Origin: Proteobacteria bacterium SG_bin7
GTDB taxonomy: Bacteria; Bdellovibrionota; Bdellovibrionia; Bdellovibrionales; SG-bin7
Reading direction: 5' to 3'
Length of the DNA stretch: 64,000 bases
NCBI GenBank assembly: GCA_002083485.1
Contig: LWDK01000045.1
Location: 240 to 64,239, forward strand
In this document: one piece after another, positions 17,137 to 27,685 of the stretch
How the letters are laid out: each line of letters opens with the position of its first letter
Numbering within the stretch: position 1 is the first letter of the stretch
The notes under the pieces: model-generated
Told to the model about the DNA's origin: nothing
What the model saw: the letters and a program-made list of their open reading frames with translations, nothing else
Databases searched by the model: none
Made by a program: the position numbers and the translations under genes

Positions 17137-17887
17137 CGGTATTTTTTATATTTAGAGACCGTGGTAGGAATTTAAATAAAAAAGCCATTGCCTTGTTAGT
17201 AAGTCCTGGAACGGTTATCGACCTGTCACGATTGAGAGTTTTCATGACAGAGTCCGCAACTTCATCTGCCGATAAAATCACTTTGCCGAATTTTTTTATT
17301 ACTCTCTCATCTAACCCTGCCGTACGATGAAAAGTCGTGTCCACTCCTCCTGGACAAATGGCATTTACCTTAACCCCCGCCCGACCGTATTCATAGTTTA
17401 GCGATTCACTCAAAGACGTTACATACGCCTTTGTCGCAGCATAAACAGAAAAATAAGGCGAAGGAATAAAGCCAGCCAGTGAAGAGATATTAATAATTTG
17501 ACCACCACCCGCACTTGCCATTTGACGGCCAATTCGTAGCGTTAAATAGGTAAGTGCCAAACAGTTGAGTTGAATCGAGGTCAACATATCCGGAATAGAC
17601 TCTTTAAGAGCCTCACCGAAAACCCCGCGACCAGCATTGTTCACAAGTAAATCGACACGGCCAATGCGATCAAGCATCTGCGCGCAGGCCTTCTCATCGG
17701 TTAAATCGACGGCTTCAATTTGGACTGACACGTGAGATCTTATTTTTTCGAGATCTATTTTCGTTTGCTCCAAAATCGCCTGACCACGCGCCACTAAAAT
17801 TAAGTCCCAACCATTGGCTACAAGCTTTTTAGCAATGCTTGCGCCAATTCCCGTTGACGCCCCCGTGACTAAAGCACGCTTATTCAT
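17087..17887 (-). CDS. Short-chain dehydrogenase/reductase (SDR)
   Basis: TGASTGIG cofactor motif, NNAG, and catalytic YAATKAY. Confidence 0.9.
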   Translation of the reverse strand: MNKRALVTGASTGIGASIAKKLVANGWDLILVARGQAILEQTKIDLEKIRSHVSVQIEAVDLTDEKACAQMLDRIGRVDLLVNNAGRGVFGEALKESIPDMLTSIQLNCLALTYLTLRIGRQMASAGGGQIINISSLAGFIPSPYFSVYAATKAYVTSLSESLNYEYGRAGVKVNAICPGGVDTTFHRTAGLDERVIKKFGKVILSADEVADSVMKTLNRDRSITVPGLTNKAMAFLFKFLPRSLNIKNTASFYSRYLQSNPQHLK

Positions 17888-18557
17888 TTTTTACCCATTT
17901 TACACTCTGATGAAAGTTTTTATGCTCACTCATTTCTTTAGAGCCGTCGTCCAAAAATTTTTCGAGGTCGTTATGAATTGAATCTTTTAGGTCCAAATTG
18001 CCAGATTCAGTAAAATTCCAAATCCGCACGTAATTATTAAGCGCCTGATACTTGGCACGCACAGTGAATTTTTCATAGGATAATATCGTCAAACCAAATA
18101 ATTTAAGCGGCTTAAGTTTGCCTTTAATAAAAATAAAGCATTCGACATTGGGTTTGGCAAAACAAGAAATTTCATCTGATTTATAAGATGTGAATTTTCC
18201 GCCGTCCATGTTTTCCGTGTCCAATTTGCAGTGGCGAGTCCAAGTACTAGCTGAAGCTTTCTCTGTACAATTCGATAGAAGCTTCGAAGTAATCCCCAAC
18301 GACGAAACGGTCATGATTGAACGGTACTCTAGAGACGAGATACCTTCCACGGTAATTTTCTTAATATTAGTGCCAACGCGGGTCAATAGATCGCCATCTT
18401 TAAAATTCTTTTTTACTAACTCTAAGGAAACCTTCGGAGAAAAAACCAATTGCATTTTAAGACCATAACCTTTTGCATCTATATCAATATTGTATTCAAA
18501 TGAAGGCTTCGTCATTGCCATTGCAAAATTAAAAGTGGCTAGAAACATAAAAATCAT
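17880..18557 (-). CDS. Secreted hypothetical protein, coupled between the MMPL exporter and the SDR
   Basis: Hydrophobic N-terminus. Overlaps both neighbours (8 nt and 4 nt). No motif recognised. Confidence 0.6.
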   Translation of the reverse strand: MIFMFLATFNFAMAMTKPSFEYNIDIDAKGYGLKMQLVFSPKVSLELVKKNFKDGDLLTRVGTNIKKITVEGISSLEYRSIMTVSSLGITSKLLSNCTEKASASTWTRHCKLDTENMDGGKFTSYKSDEISCFAKPNVECFIFIKGKLKPLKLFGLTILSYEKFTVRAKYQALNNYVRIWNFTESGNLDLKDSIHNDLEKFLDDGSKEMSEHKNFHQSVKWVKNE

Positions 18558-20773
18558 TTTTTCAGCCTCCCCTGCAAAAGACCATTAAGCAACCAAAGAT
18601 CTCCTATCAGAGACGTTATCAAACCAAACGCTAAGATCAAACCAAAACCTTTTGGGGGAGAGAAATAAGACCCCAAATAAATAAATGCCGTCAGCGTCAT
18701 CAAAACATTGGTGATGACCGACGCCCCACCGCGACGTTCTATCCCTTCGCGTAAATCGTGCCTTCTGGCTGCAAAAATGTATTGAATCGCATTGTCCCCC
18801 GCAAGACCGACCAAAACACTGGCCACAACACATTTCATAAAATCCATCTGAATACTCAAAGTAGCTAGCATACCAATTGTAAGAAACGGCCCCCAAAACG
18901 CCGTGGCCAAAAGGGGAAAAATCAAATGCTGTTTATAAAATACTTTTGCAAGATAATAGATTACAATGGCTACAAGGAAAAGGCTTGCCATCATACTATC
19001 AAGCAACGTCTTTGGCACAATTGCAGAGAAGTCTGCGTAGGCTATAAGTTCACCGGCAAAATAACATTCCCGATTAGGACAGATGTTTTCGGCCGCTTTT
19101 TTTAATTTAATTAGGGAATCAACCGTCGTATCTTTAATAAAAATCAAGGCTCTGGCAATTCCATTTTCATCAACCGTACGTTTGTAGAGCGAAGAAGTTT
19201 TATAATCAGATTGCGTTAACTCTTTGGGTATGAGGTGGTCTTTATCGAGCCAATTCATAACTCGCTCCGGACTCTCCACCGCAATTATATTATTTTTGAC
19301 CGACTCGTCTCGATTTAAATCACCAATGTACTTTTCAAGTTGAGAAAGTGCCTCTGGCCTTGTTAAAACCAAAGATACATTTGAAACCCAACCCTTGCTG
19401 TTAAGAAACTCCTGCACGCCTAAAGAGAATTCATTTTTCCTTGGAAACATTTGATAAGGGTTGTCATTGACATTTAAATGTGAAAACGAATAGAGCCCGA
19501 TAGGAAATACAATTAGCGAGATAAGACTTAAGCGGCGTGGTAACGACTTAATCCCCCAGCGGTCTAAAAAATGATACCCCCATGCCCGTTTTGGATCCAC
19601 CCACATATTTTCCTTATAAAATCGGATTAAAAATACCGGCATAAAGGAGAACATAAGGAACCACTCAAGCGCCGCACCAAACGCGGCCCAAAACCCTAAA
19701 CGTTTAATCACGGCTAGATCAGAAACATAGAGCGACAAAAAACCCACGATCGTGGTCAGTGAGGTAAAGAAAGACGGTAAGATCATGCGCTTGATTGCAC
19801 TTTTCCATTTTACCCCTTTCATCTGTTCTGAACATATGAAGGTAAAGTCTTCAAGAGAACTGATACCCAATAAAAGAATTAAACCCGTAGACAGAACATC
19901 AAACGGAGATCCTAAAAAACCTTTTAAGCCAATCAATACAAGAGTGCCAAAAATAAATGTACAGCAATAAATCGTTCCGGCGATCCATGTACCGTAGACA
20001 AAACGTAGTGAGAAAAAGAGAAAAAAAATCATTGTTAAATTAAGAATGGAAGAAAAGCGAAACCCTTCTAAGACATACCATTGATAATCCGCGGGCCCGA
20101 CCCAAGAAAATTTTGCACCTTCTAAAAGAGGTTTTAGGTCTCTATCTACGGCTAAACGCAAGTGGTTGAGCATCCGGGGATCAAAACTGCCAAATTTTTC
20201 GCTATTCATTTCAGCGAAAGTAAATCCCATTAAAATACTGAGATGATCTTTTTTATCTTTAAAGAAAACATACGGTGAGTTCTCAAGACGTGATTTGACG
20301 CTCTGAAGGTCGTAGGCTATGGCCTCATCTTCACACCTTAGATGTAAGATATTTTTGTAGCTAACTGATGACGCACCACTGGGTTGAATATCTTTAGCAT
20401 CAAAAGTGGACAAAGTACTTTTTAAAAATGGATAAGTGGCACGCATGACGGAGTACCACTTACGTAAATGGCAAAGCTCCTGCGGAGAAAACGATTTTCC
20501 GGAAGGCTGGATAAACAGAATAGACGCAATCCCTTCGTCATAGCGCACCTTGAGATCGCGCAATTCTTCAGCGCTCGGTATGCCTTCGCCGATCATATCA
20601 TCGGCTGAGAAAATAAATTTTAGCTTCGAGGAGTAAGTAATTGCGATGAAAGTCAGTGCCAATACCAGGCACAGAGTTAGGCGAAATCGACTCCAAAAAA
20701 AACGGCATGAGCGTATAAGAAATAGCGAAAAAACAACAAAACTGCGGCGACTGAGATTTTTCATTGAACTCAT
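18554..20773 (-). CDS. MMPL/RND-superfamily exporter (two 6-TM bundles with soluble loops)
   Basis: Two hydrophobic blocks (about aa 235-390 and 590-735) are separated by large soluble domains. SSD-like helices include FTSLTTIVGFLSL and AGDNAIQYIF. Confidence 0.8.
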   Translation of the reverse strand: MSSMKNLSRRSFVVFSLFLIRSCRFFWSRFRLTLCLVLALTFIAITYSSKLKFIFSADDMIGEGIPSAEELRDLKVRYDEGIASILFIQPSGKSFSPQELCHLRKWYSVMRATYPFLKSTLSTFDAKDIQPSGASSVSYKNILHLRCEDEAIAYDLQSVKSRLENSPYVFFKDKKDHLSILMGFTFAEMNSEKFGSFDPRMLNHLRLAVDRDLKPLLEGAKFSWVGPADYQWYVLEGFRFSSILNLTMIFFLFFSLRFVYGTWIAGTIYCCTFIFGTLVLIGLKGFLGSPFDVLSTGLILLLGISSLEDFTFICSEQMKGVKWKSAIKRMILPSFFTSLTTIVGFLSLYVSDLAVIKRLGFWAAFGAALEWFLMFSFMPVFLIRFYKENMWVDPKRAWGYHFLDRWGIKSLPRRLSLISLIVFPIGLYSFSHLNVNDNPYQMFPRKNEFSLGVQEFLNSKGWVSNVSLVLTRPEALSQLEKYIGDLNRDESVKNNIIAVESPERVMNWLDKDHLIPKELTQSDYKTSSLYKRTVDENGIARALIFIKDTTVDSLIKLKKAAENICPNRECYFAGELIAYADFSAIVPKTLLDSMMASLFLVAIVIYYLAKVFYKQHLIFPLLATAFWGPFLTIGMLATLSIQMDFMKCVVASVLVGLAGDNAIQYIFAARRHDLREGIERRGGASVITNVLMTLTAFIYLGSYFSPPKGFGLILAFGLITSLIGDLWLLNGLLQGRLKK

Positions 20774-20797
20774 TTAAGTTAGTTATACTATAACACT

Positions 20798-22147
20798 ATG
20801 AAAAACAGTCCAATTATTCTTTTGATGGCATTGACCCCAATTGACGCAAGTTTTTTCACAGCGCAAAAGGCCGAAGTATTAAAAGGAAATTTCAACTCCG
20901 CAACCGCGCAGTGGACGACATCAACCCAACGTGAACCAGAATGGGGGTCGTTGCCACGGGCCCCACTGCGTGAAATTAGTTATCAGCCTGATTCCACTGC
21001 CCCTCTTGAGATTGATAACAAAACAATGATGCGTCTTTCTGAAAATAGCGAAGTGGCACTTTATCAGAATGGAAAATCTTTGGAGGCTATACTCAACCTT
21101 GTTAACAAAGCTGAAAAATTTATTTTTATTCAGGTCCTAGCCATAGCTTGCGATGAAAGTACAGAGTCTCTTTTTGAAAAGCTAAAAGAAAAAGCAAGAT
21201 CTGGGATTGACGTTAAGATCATTGTTAATAAAACCTATTCTTTTTTAAGTTATAGCTGTTTACGTGAATTAAAAAATAGTGGTATTGCTATAAGCAAAGC
21301 TCCCACACATTCAACGTATTTGCTCAACGATAAAGGAAACCTATTAATTGGTGCCCAAAGCTTTACCAAAACGTTTTTTTATTCTGACGGATTTAATTTT
21401 CTCGACCGCGATATGATGCTGCATGCACATGGTCCAGTTTCTAAGGAGGCTCTTATCGACTTCATTGAAACATGGAATGAAAATGAAGAAACAAAAATTG
21501 ATAACTTCAAATATATCCTCACCATGGCAAAAATAAATAGTCCCAAAAAATGTCTTTTTGTTTCGCAAAAGCCAAAATCTAAAAAACGTGATTTACAAAA
21601 TCTGCTTCTGAATTTATCTGAGAAATCAAAACAGAGTATCATTGCCAGTGGCGTCAAGATCTTACAAAACGACTCCACAATGAGTTTAATTAAATTGTTG
21701 AAAAATAAATCGATCTCTGGGGTCCGGGTTGATTATATTGGAAATGGTTGGGACGGTGGGAACGGCGAACTTACCATGTACCTTAACGAACTTTACCATA
21801 GATATTTAGATAGAGGTCGAAAGTACTTGGCCAAAACTATAAACTGGTTACGCGAAAAAGATCAAATCAGTCAGAGCAAAAAGCATTTTAAAGCCTATAA
21901 ATCCCTAGTTGCGGATTCAGATATCACGGTCTGGACGTATTTTAATTTTGTTCACTACAAAGTTTGGAGCTTTGATAACTCAGGTATTTTTGTAGGAAGC
22001 GCAAATGTCGCGGAAGATTCTTTCGAGTCTTTTTATGAAGCCGGAGTTTTTTGCTTAGATCGAGCCTTGTCTGAGGAGCTCAATCATGAACTCGCTCGTG
22101 ACAAGGCCAATTCTATTCCGATTTATCGAGAGTCGCTTACCTTATAA
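20798..22147 (+). CDS. Phospholipase D / cardiolipin-synthase-like protein with one degenerate and one canonical HKD motif
   Basis: Motif 1: HSTYLLNDKGNLLIGAQS (Lys replaced by Thr, Asn by Ser; His171 codon at 21308). Motif 2: HYKVWSFDNSGIFVGSAN (canonical HxKx4Dx6GSxN). Confidence 0.8.
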   Translation: MKNSPIILLMALTPIDASFFTAQKAEVLKGNFNSATAQWTTSTQREPEWGSLPRAPLREISYQPDSTAPLEIDNKTMMRLSENSEVALYQNGKSLEAILNLVNKAEKFIFIQVLAIACDESTESLFEKLKEKARSGIDVKIIVNKTYSFLSYSCLRELKNSGIAISKAPTHSTYLLNDKGNLLIGAQSFTKTFFYSDGFNFLDRDMMLHAHGPVSKEALIDFIETWNENEETKIDNFKYILTMAKINSPKKCLFVSQKPKSKKRDLQNLLLNLSEKSKQSIIASGVKILQNDSTMSLIKLLKNKSISGVRVDYIGNGWDGGNGELTMYLNELYHRYLDRGRKYLAKTINWLREKDQISQSKKHFKAYKSLVADSDITVWTYFNFVHYKVWSFDNSGIFVGSANVAEDSFESFYEAGVFCLDRALSEELNHELARDKANSIPIYRESLTL

Positions 22148-23813
22148 ATGGTGTAATGTTGGTGGCTAACATTCTCGCCCCGCGGGTTTCATTAAGAATC
22201 CGCATTGCATCAGCAACAGTGAGTTTACTATTCACATGATTTTTGCATTCTTCGCCGCCGGTACCGCCTATACATGGAAATAATTTGGAATATTTTTCGG
22301 AACTCCAACCTGTTGCACGACCATAGAAATAATTACGCCACGGCTGCGTTTTCTTATTTTTCGTCATTAGAATGATATCACTTTTTTTCTGATCCTTAAA
22401 CTTAAGTTGACCTTCACTATTCTTCACAAAGGACACAACGTCAGCATCCTCATTGTGGTCAAATTGAGTCGGAAGAAGGTCCTTTAAGTCGTCAGGCGCA
22501 GAATCATAAAATCCTTTTAAGTTTACGACAAGTTGATCACCACTCATAGCACTTTTAATCGGTTGACCAGGAGAACTAAACATTATCGACATATTCGATA
22601 GGCCGCTTTCAATTTGTTCTTTACGCCCAACAAGAACTTCAGGATCTAACATCTGATAATCCCATGATGTCTTATCATTGTTATGCTTAATCGCATCCCA
22701 TGCCTTAGTTAGGCTAATATGGGCACCTTCCAGATTTGTGTAGGCGCTGTTCATCCATTCCTGTGATTGCTTTTTATAGAGGCCTGTGTATTTATTTCCA
22801 CTAATAATTTTCACCCGCTCTTCGCGCGTAACACCATCTATAAAATTATCGTCTTGGTCACTTCCCCACGAAAAAATATCGGATTTACTCTTCACTATAT
22901 CAATACCAAATTTACGACCAATTTCTTCGCGCAGTTTGAGATGTCCTTGATAATTATAAGCCGCCAATTGCGAAATCCCAGCCATGCGCCGATGGTAACG
23001 TGCTATAGTCGCATATTTTTCAGCATCGCCAACAATTTTAAATCTGTCGTAAGAGTCGTACGAATCATCGGCAGTGAAGGCTTGCTCACCCCAACGAATT
23101 TTCGCATCAAATACCATTGGCGTCTTAGATCCATCAGGTTGAATGACGTACATTGGAAGCTTACCAAGACGGCGAATAGCTTCTCTTAAAGTATCATACA
23201 CGGGGCCCGCCAAAAATGCGACAAGCCGTCCTTCTGAGGTAAAACGCACTTCCTCGTCCGTAAAAGCTTCGGGTGGAGGGAGACTTAAGAAATTTAGATG
23301 TGCCTTAATTTGGCTTTTAGGAGAATTAATCATAACCTGTTCGGCATAATTTTTAACTGTTGCAAGCAGGGCCTCTTGTGTCACAACGACTTTATGAGCT
23401 AGTGGTACTGCACGCCATATAAACCCTCGAAATGGTAAGAGTGTTGACATACGCGCGACAACAAACTTTGTATCATTGAACTTTAAAGATTCATAACGCC
23501 GATTGTAGTCGCTGAGAACATCGTAGAGAGCTTGACCATTACGAACTGAAATAAGTTTATCTCGCAGTTTCTTCATTTCAGGAGAAATCAAATCCTCGCT
23601 CGGTCGCGCCGCCCCTGAAGGAGTACGATCCGCAACCTTCCCATCATTTTTTATTTTATAGCTCGCAACCAAGGCTGTAAGTTCTTCCAGATTTGGAGTC
23701 GGCATTTTAACAACTTCACTCGCAGGATTTCTCTGTGGCTTCTTCTTTGCTAAAACATCGGAACTAGAGAATAAAAAACAAAAGGCGCTTAGACCCAAAA
23801 AAATTCTTTTCAT
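22137..23813 (-). CDS. Secreted hypothetical protein (558 aa)
   Basis: Signal peptide MKRIFLGLSAFCFLFSSSDVLA. A long ORF with no competing frame. Confidence 0.7.
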   Translation of the reverse strand: MKRIFLGLSAFCFLFSSSDVLAKKKPQRNPASEVVKMPTPNLEELTALVASYKIKNDGKVADRTPSGAARPSEDLISPEMKKLRDKLISVRNGQALYDVLSDYNRRYESLKFNDTKFVVARMSTLLPFRGFIWRAVPLAHKVVVTQEALLATVKNYAEQVMINSPKSQIKAHLNFLSLPPPEAFTDEEVRFTSEGRLVAFLAGPVYDTLREAIRRLGKLPMYVIQPDGSKTPMVFDAKIRWGEQAFTADDSYDSYDRFKIVGDAEKYATIARYHRRMAGISQLAAYNYQGHLKLREEIGRKFGIDIVKSKSDIFSWGSDQDDNFIDGVTREERVKIISGNKYTGLYKKQSQEWMNSAYTNLEGAHISLTKAWDAIKHNNDKTSWDYQMLDPEVLVGRKEQIESGLSNMSIMFSSPGQPIKSAMSGDQLVVNLKGFYDSAPDDLKDLLPTQFDHNEDADVVSFVKNSEGQLKFKDQKKSDIILMTKNKKTQPWRNYFYGRATGWSSEKYSKLFPCIGGTGGEECKNHVNSKLTVADAMRILNETRGARMLATNITPFIR

Positions 23814-23897
23814 AAAACCTCCACCTCAGTATTTTCGCAATTATTTTTATGGAGTAAACAGAAAAACTCGAATATTATAGATAAGCCTAAGGTCTAG

Positions 23898-25079
23898 CTA
23901 AAGATCATTTCCTTCAATAGGCTTAAGTTTAAAAGAAACAACAAAAGCGGTAGCGCTAAACAATACCGCGATATAACCGACCTTTTCAAAACCTAGCAAA
24001 TGCCCACTCGCTGATTTCGTAACCAGTAGCCCGCTCAGGTAAGCAGCAAGAGCTGCCGAGAGTTGCTGAACACTTGCGATGAGGCTTAAGAAACTGGTTC
24101 GACCTTCAAGCGAAACCAATGTTGTAACTAAAGACATCGCCGGAATCATTCGTGCCGTCATGACGATGAAAAATAGTGAGACAAAAGTTAGAATTAGTGT
24201 AAAAGGAAGCACTTTCATATTTGTTACGAAATAAATTGGAATAATTGAAAGCAAAAGTGCAAGAGTAAATATTTTCTTTTTGCCATAACGATCCGAGAGC
24301 CACCCAAATAAAATAGACGCCACGATCGAGACCACCCCACACACAAGATAAATGGTAGGCAATTGACTCTCATCTACTTTTGCATTTGCTATCACCGATG
24401 GAAAAAGAAATGGATTAATGGAAAAGTGTCCCAGAACTAACAAAGACATAAATAAGAGAGCAAAGATCTGATTTCGGGTAAGTGATGGCAATTTAACCTT
24501 AGATTGAGAAACAGTTTCAAACACTTCTGGTAAGAATCTCGTGATGACCAAAACCATTATGAGCGAAAACGTTGCTAAAAGCAAAAACGGTGTCTGCCAT
24601 GAAAATTTTGTCGCGAGAAAAAGACATATCGGTAAACCTAAAATTGCCGCTAAAGCGTGCGCTGTCATCACGATACCAAATGCACTGCTGCGTCGTTCAA
24701 CTTCAAACCTATCGCTAGTAATCGAAAAAATTAATGACCCTACCACGCCGCCAAACAATCCCATCAAACAACGAGCAAAAACTAACATCTCGAAATTCCT
24801 AATGATGCCACAAACAAAGTTACTGACAGCAAAACCCAGTAGAAAAAATATGAGAGCTCTACGTTTATTTACAAAATCAAGAAATAACGAAGCGATGATC
24901 CCCATCGTTCCGGCGCTCAACGTATATCCTGATACTAGCCAACTAAACTGATGTGGCTCGATACCGAAAATTCGCATCAGTTGTGGGCCTAGCGGCATCA
25001 CAATCATAAAATCGACGATGAGTCCGAAATGCACCAGCGTCAGTAGTGTCAATAACCTGATTTCTTTCCGATCAAACAT
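23898..25079 (-). CDS. MFS transporter
   Basis: Twelve predicted hydrophobic helices. MFS loop motifs include WLSDRYGKKK (the D-R-x-G-R-K type). Confidence 0.85.
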   Translation of the reverse strand: MFDRKEIRLLTLLTLVHFGLIVDFMIVMPLGPQLMRIFGIEPHQFSWLVSGYTLSAGTMGIIASLFLDFVNKRRALIFFLLGFAVSNFVCGIIRNFEMLVFARCLMGLFGGVVGSLIFSITSDRFEVERRSSAFGIVMTAHALAAILGLPICLFLATKFSWQTPFLLLATFSLIMVLVITRFLPEVFETVSQSKVKLPSLTRNQIFALLFMSLLVLGHFSINPFLFPSVIANAKVDESQLPTIYLVCGVVSIVASILFGWLSDRYGKKKIFTLALLLSIIPIYFVTNMKVLPFTLILTFVSLFFIVMTARMIPAMSLVTTLVSLEGRTSFLSLIASVQQLSAALAAYLSGLLVTKSASGHLLGFEKVGYIAVLFSATAFVVSFKLKPIEGNDL

Positions 25080-25145
25080 TTATCTCATTAACTCTCACTT
25101 AAATTCTCTTGGCAACCATTAAATGCTTTGTTGATAATTAGAGGC

Positions 25146-26105
25146 ATGCGCGCTTTAGTCACTGGTGCAAATGGATTTCTCGGGTCAAAGCTAACTCGCC
25201 GACTTGTTGAGTTAGGTCACGAGACCATTTGCTTTGTGCGACCCGCGAGTAATCTTTCAAATATCGCCACTCTCAATGTCGACATGGCTTTCGGAAACGT
25301 TACCAATAAAACTGACGTCTTCAACGCTTGCAAAGGCATAGATGTAGTTTTTCACCTGGCGGCTGTAATTGCTTCTGATAAAAGGCAAATGCGCGAGCTG
25401 GATGTCGTTAACATTGGCGGTACCCAGAATATTGTCGAATCCGTTCGCGATTTAGGAGTTAAGAAGTTAGTTCATGTATCTTCGGTTGTCGCCATCGGCG
25501 CCGAAACAAGTCAAGATCGAGTACTGAATGAAAAATCGCCCTATAATAACTTACTTGCCGCTAATAAAAATATGGCGAGTAAAAAACATGGTGAAGAAAT
25601 TGTCCTTGCCGCTTGCCGTCGCAAAGAAGTAAATGCCGTAATTGTGAACCCAAGTTTAATTTTTGGGGCTGGGGATGCCCAAAAAAGTACGCGCACGAGT
25701 AATATTCGCGCTGCCAATGGAAAGTTGAAGTTTTTCACTGAGGGCGGCGTCAACATCGTTGCCGTGGAAGATGTGGTCGACGGAATTGTTGCCGCTTACG
25801 AACGCGGGCGTTCGGGAGAGCGCTACATTCTTGGTGGTGAAAACATCACGATACGCGAGCTGCTAACTCACATCGCCAATTGCGCAGGCGCGACACCGCC
25901 GAAGTACAAGCTTCCCTCAAGCCTTTTAAAAATCGCCGCTCGACTCACGAGTCGTGTAACTCGTGAAAATATTATAGCGGCAACCATGTACCATTGGTTC
26001 GATAACTCGAAAGCCAGACATGAGCTAGGATTTAATCCTCGCCCTGCACGTGAAGCCATAAAAAATTCAGTCACTTGGATGAAAGAAAACGGCTATGTAC
26101 TTTGA
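25146..26105 (+). CDS. NAD-dependent epimerase/dehydratase-family (extended SDR) reductase
   Basis: MRALVTGANGFLGSKL Rossmann motif. The track ORF begins at 25128. Overlaps the next gene by 11 nt. Confidence 0.85.
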   Translation: MRALVTGANGFLGSKLTRRLVELGHETICFVRPASNLSNIATLNVDMAFGNVTNKTDVFNACKGIDVVFHLAAVIASDKRQMRELDVVNIGGTQNIVESVRDLGVKKLVHVSSVVAIGAETSQDRVLNEKSPYNNLLAANKNMASKKHGEEIVLAACRRKEVNAVIVNPSLIFGAGDAQKSTRTSNIRAANGKLKFFTEGGVNIVAVEDVVDGIVAAYERGRSGERYILGGENITIRELLTHIANCAGATPPKYKLPSSLLKIAARLTSRVTRENIIAATMYHWFDNSKARHELGFNPRPAREAIKNSVTWMKENGYVL

Positions 26106-26808
26106 AAGTAAAACGCGCATTATTATCAAAACGATTTCCTGGCGGTTATTTGGTACTCTGGCGACTGTGACACTTGCGTATATCTTTACACGTAAAATAG
26201 AAACAGCGTTTCAAATTGGTAGTCTTGAATTGCTCCTCAAATCTTTGATTTATTACTTTCACGAAAGATTCTGGAACAAAGTTAACTATGGAAAAAAGCA
26301 AAATCCTCCAAAGGTAATTTGGTTCACGGGACTTTGCGGTGCCGGTAAGACAACAATCGCCCAAATTCTTGCGAAAAAATTGCGCACTAAAAATATTAAG
26401 ATCGAGGAACTCGACGGTGATAGTCTTAGAAGTATTTTTCCAAAAACAGGATTTACCCGCCAAGACCGTGATCAGCATATTCGCCGTGTCGGTCATTTGG
26501 CCAGCCGTCTCGAGTCTCATGGCGTTCACGTTATCACGTCACTGGTATCGCCCTATCGGGAATCTCGTGAATTCGCGCGACACATTTGTAAAAACTTTTT
26601 TGAAGTTTATATTTCGACGCCTATAGAGACTTGCGAAAAAAGGGACCCGAAGGGTTTATATGCAAAAGCACGTGCCGGAGAAATAAAAAATTTTACGGGA
26701 ATTGATGATCCCTATGAACCACCAATGAACCCAGAAATCACCGTCGACACCCACAAAATGTCGGCCGAGCAAGCCGCTGACTTAATAATAAAGGGACTCG
26801 ATGTCTAG
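26095..26808 (+). CDS. cysC: DUF2061 membrane domain fused to adenylylsulfate (APS) kinase
   Basis: The N-terminal ~65 aa are hydrophobic (KTISWRLFGTLATVTLAYIF..YYFHERFW). P-loop WFTGLCGAGKTTIAQ and SLVSPYRESRE follow. Confidence 0.9.
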   Translation: MYFESKTRIIIKTISWRLFGTLATVTLAYIFTRKIETAFQIGSLELLLKSLIYYFHERFWNKVNYGKKQNPPKVIWFTGLCGAGKTTIAQILAKKLRTKNIKIEELDGDSLRSIFPKTGFTRQDRDQHIRRVGHLASRLESHGVHVITSLVSPYRESREFARHICKNFFEVYISTPIETCEKRDPKGLYAKARAGEIKNFTGIDDPYEPPMNPEITVDTHKMSAEQAADLIIKGLDV

Positions 26809-27685
26809 TCATCTTGACGAGCTTGAAAGTAAAGGTATTTTTATTCTTCGCGAAGCTCATGCAAATTTTCGCGATCTTGGGATGTTATGGTCCATTGGCA
26901 AAGACAGCACTGTTTTATTGTGGCTCGCACGTAAAGCTTTTTTCGATAAAATTCCGTTTCCACTTATACACATCGACACCGACTACAAAATTCCCGAAAT
27001 GATTGCCTATCGTGATCAGTTAGCTCTCACCTGGAAACTGGATTTAATAGTTGGTAAAAATGTTGAGGCTTTGCAGAAAAAACAGACTTACGCCGACGGA
27101 TACATTGATCGTGTCAGCTGCTGTCGGTCGTTAAAAACCCAAGCCCTCCAACAAACTATCGATGGATCGGGGCCTCAGTATCGTCTCAATCTCCAAACTG
27201 AAAAATTCGATGAACTTAAAGAGAAAAGGCACTTTTCGGGTCTTATCTTAGGCATTCGCGCCGATGAAGAAGGCTCACGCTCTAAAGAGCGATATTTTTC
27301 TCCTCGTGACACAAACAACCACTGGCAAATTATCGAACAGCCGCCAGAATTTTGGAACCAGTTCAATACCGACATCGCACCTAATAGTCATGTTCGAATT
27401 CATCCATTGTTAGATTGGACTGAAGTAAATATTTGGGAGTATATTTATCGCGAAAGAATTCCAACTGTGTCTTTATATTATGATCAAGGTAAGGGATCAC
27501 GGTATCGGTCTCTAGGTTGTTATCCATGTACGTTTCCCGTGACATCTAAGGCAAAATCCCCTGAAGAAATTATTTTTGAATTAAAGTCCGGAAAGTTTTC
27601 TAAAGTTGCCGAGCGCGCCGGGCGCGCTCAGGATAGAGAAGATGGTGGTGGACTCGAAACTCTCCGCAAAGAGGGGTACATGTGA
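26801..27685 (+). CDS. cysD: Sulfate adenylyltransferase subunit 2
   Basis: [13 protein letters not shown] (PP-loop), [16 protein letters not shown], and the C-terminal [20 protein letters not shown]. Confidence 0.9.
   Translation: MSSHLDELESKGIFILREAHANFRDLGMLWSIGKDSTVLLWLARKAFFDKIPFPLIHIDTDYKIPEMIAYRDQLALTWKLDLIVGKNVEALQKKQTYADGYIDRVSCCRSLKTQALQQTIDGSGPQYRLNLQTEKFDELKEKRHFSGLILGIRADEEGSRSKERYFSPRDTNNHWQIIEQPPEFWNQFNTDIAPNSHVRIHPLLDWTEVNIWEYIYRERIPTVSLYYDQGKGSRYRSLGCYPCTFPVTSKAKSPEEIIFELKSGKFSKVAERAGRAQDREDGGGLETLRKEGYM

Noticed and set aside
25100-25127. Sigma54-like TGGCA...TGC motif upstream of the PAPS operon
   Set aside because: The GG-to-GC spacing is 13 nt in ttGGcaaccattaaatGCt, against the 11 nt required by the -24/-12 consensus.
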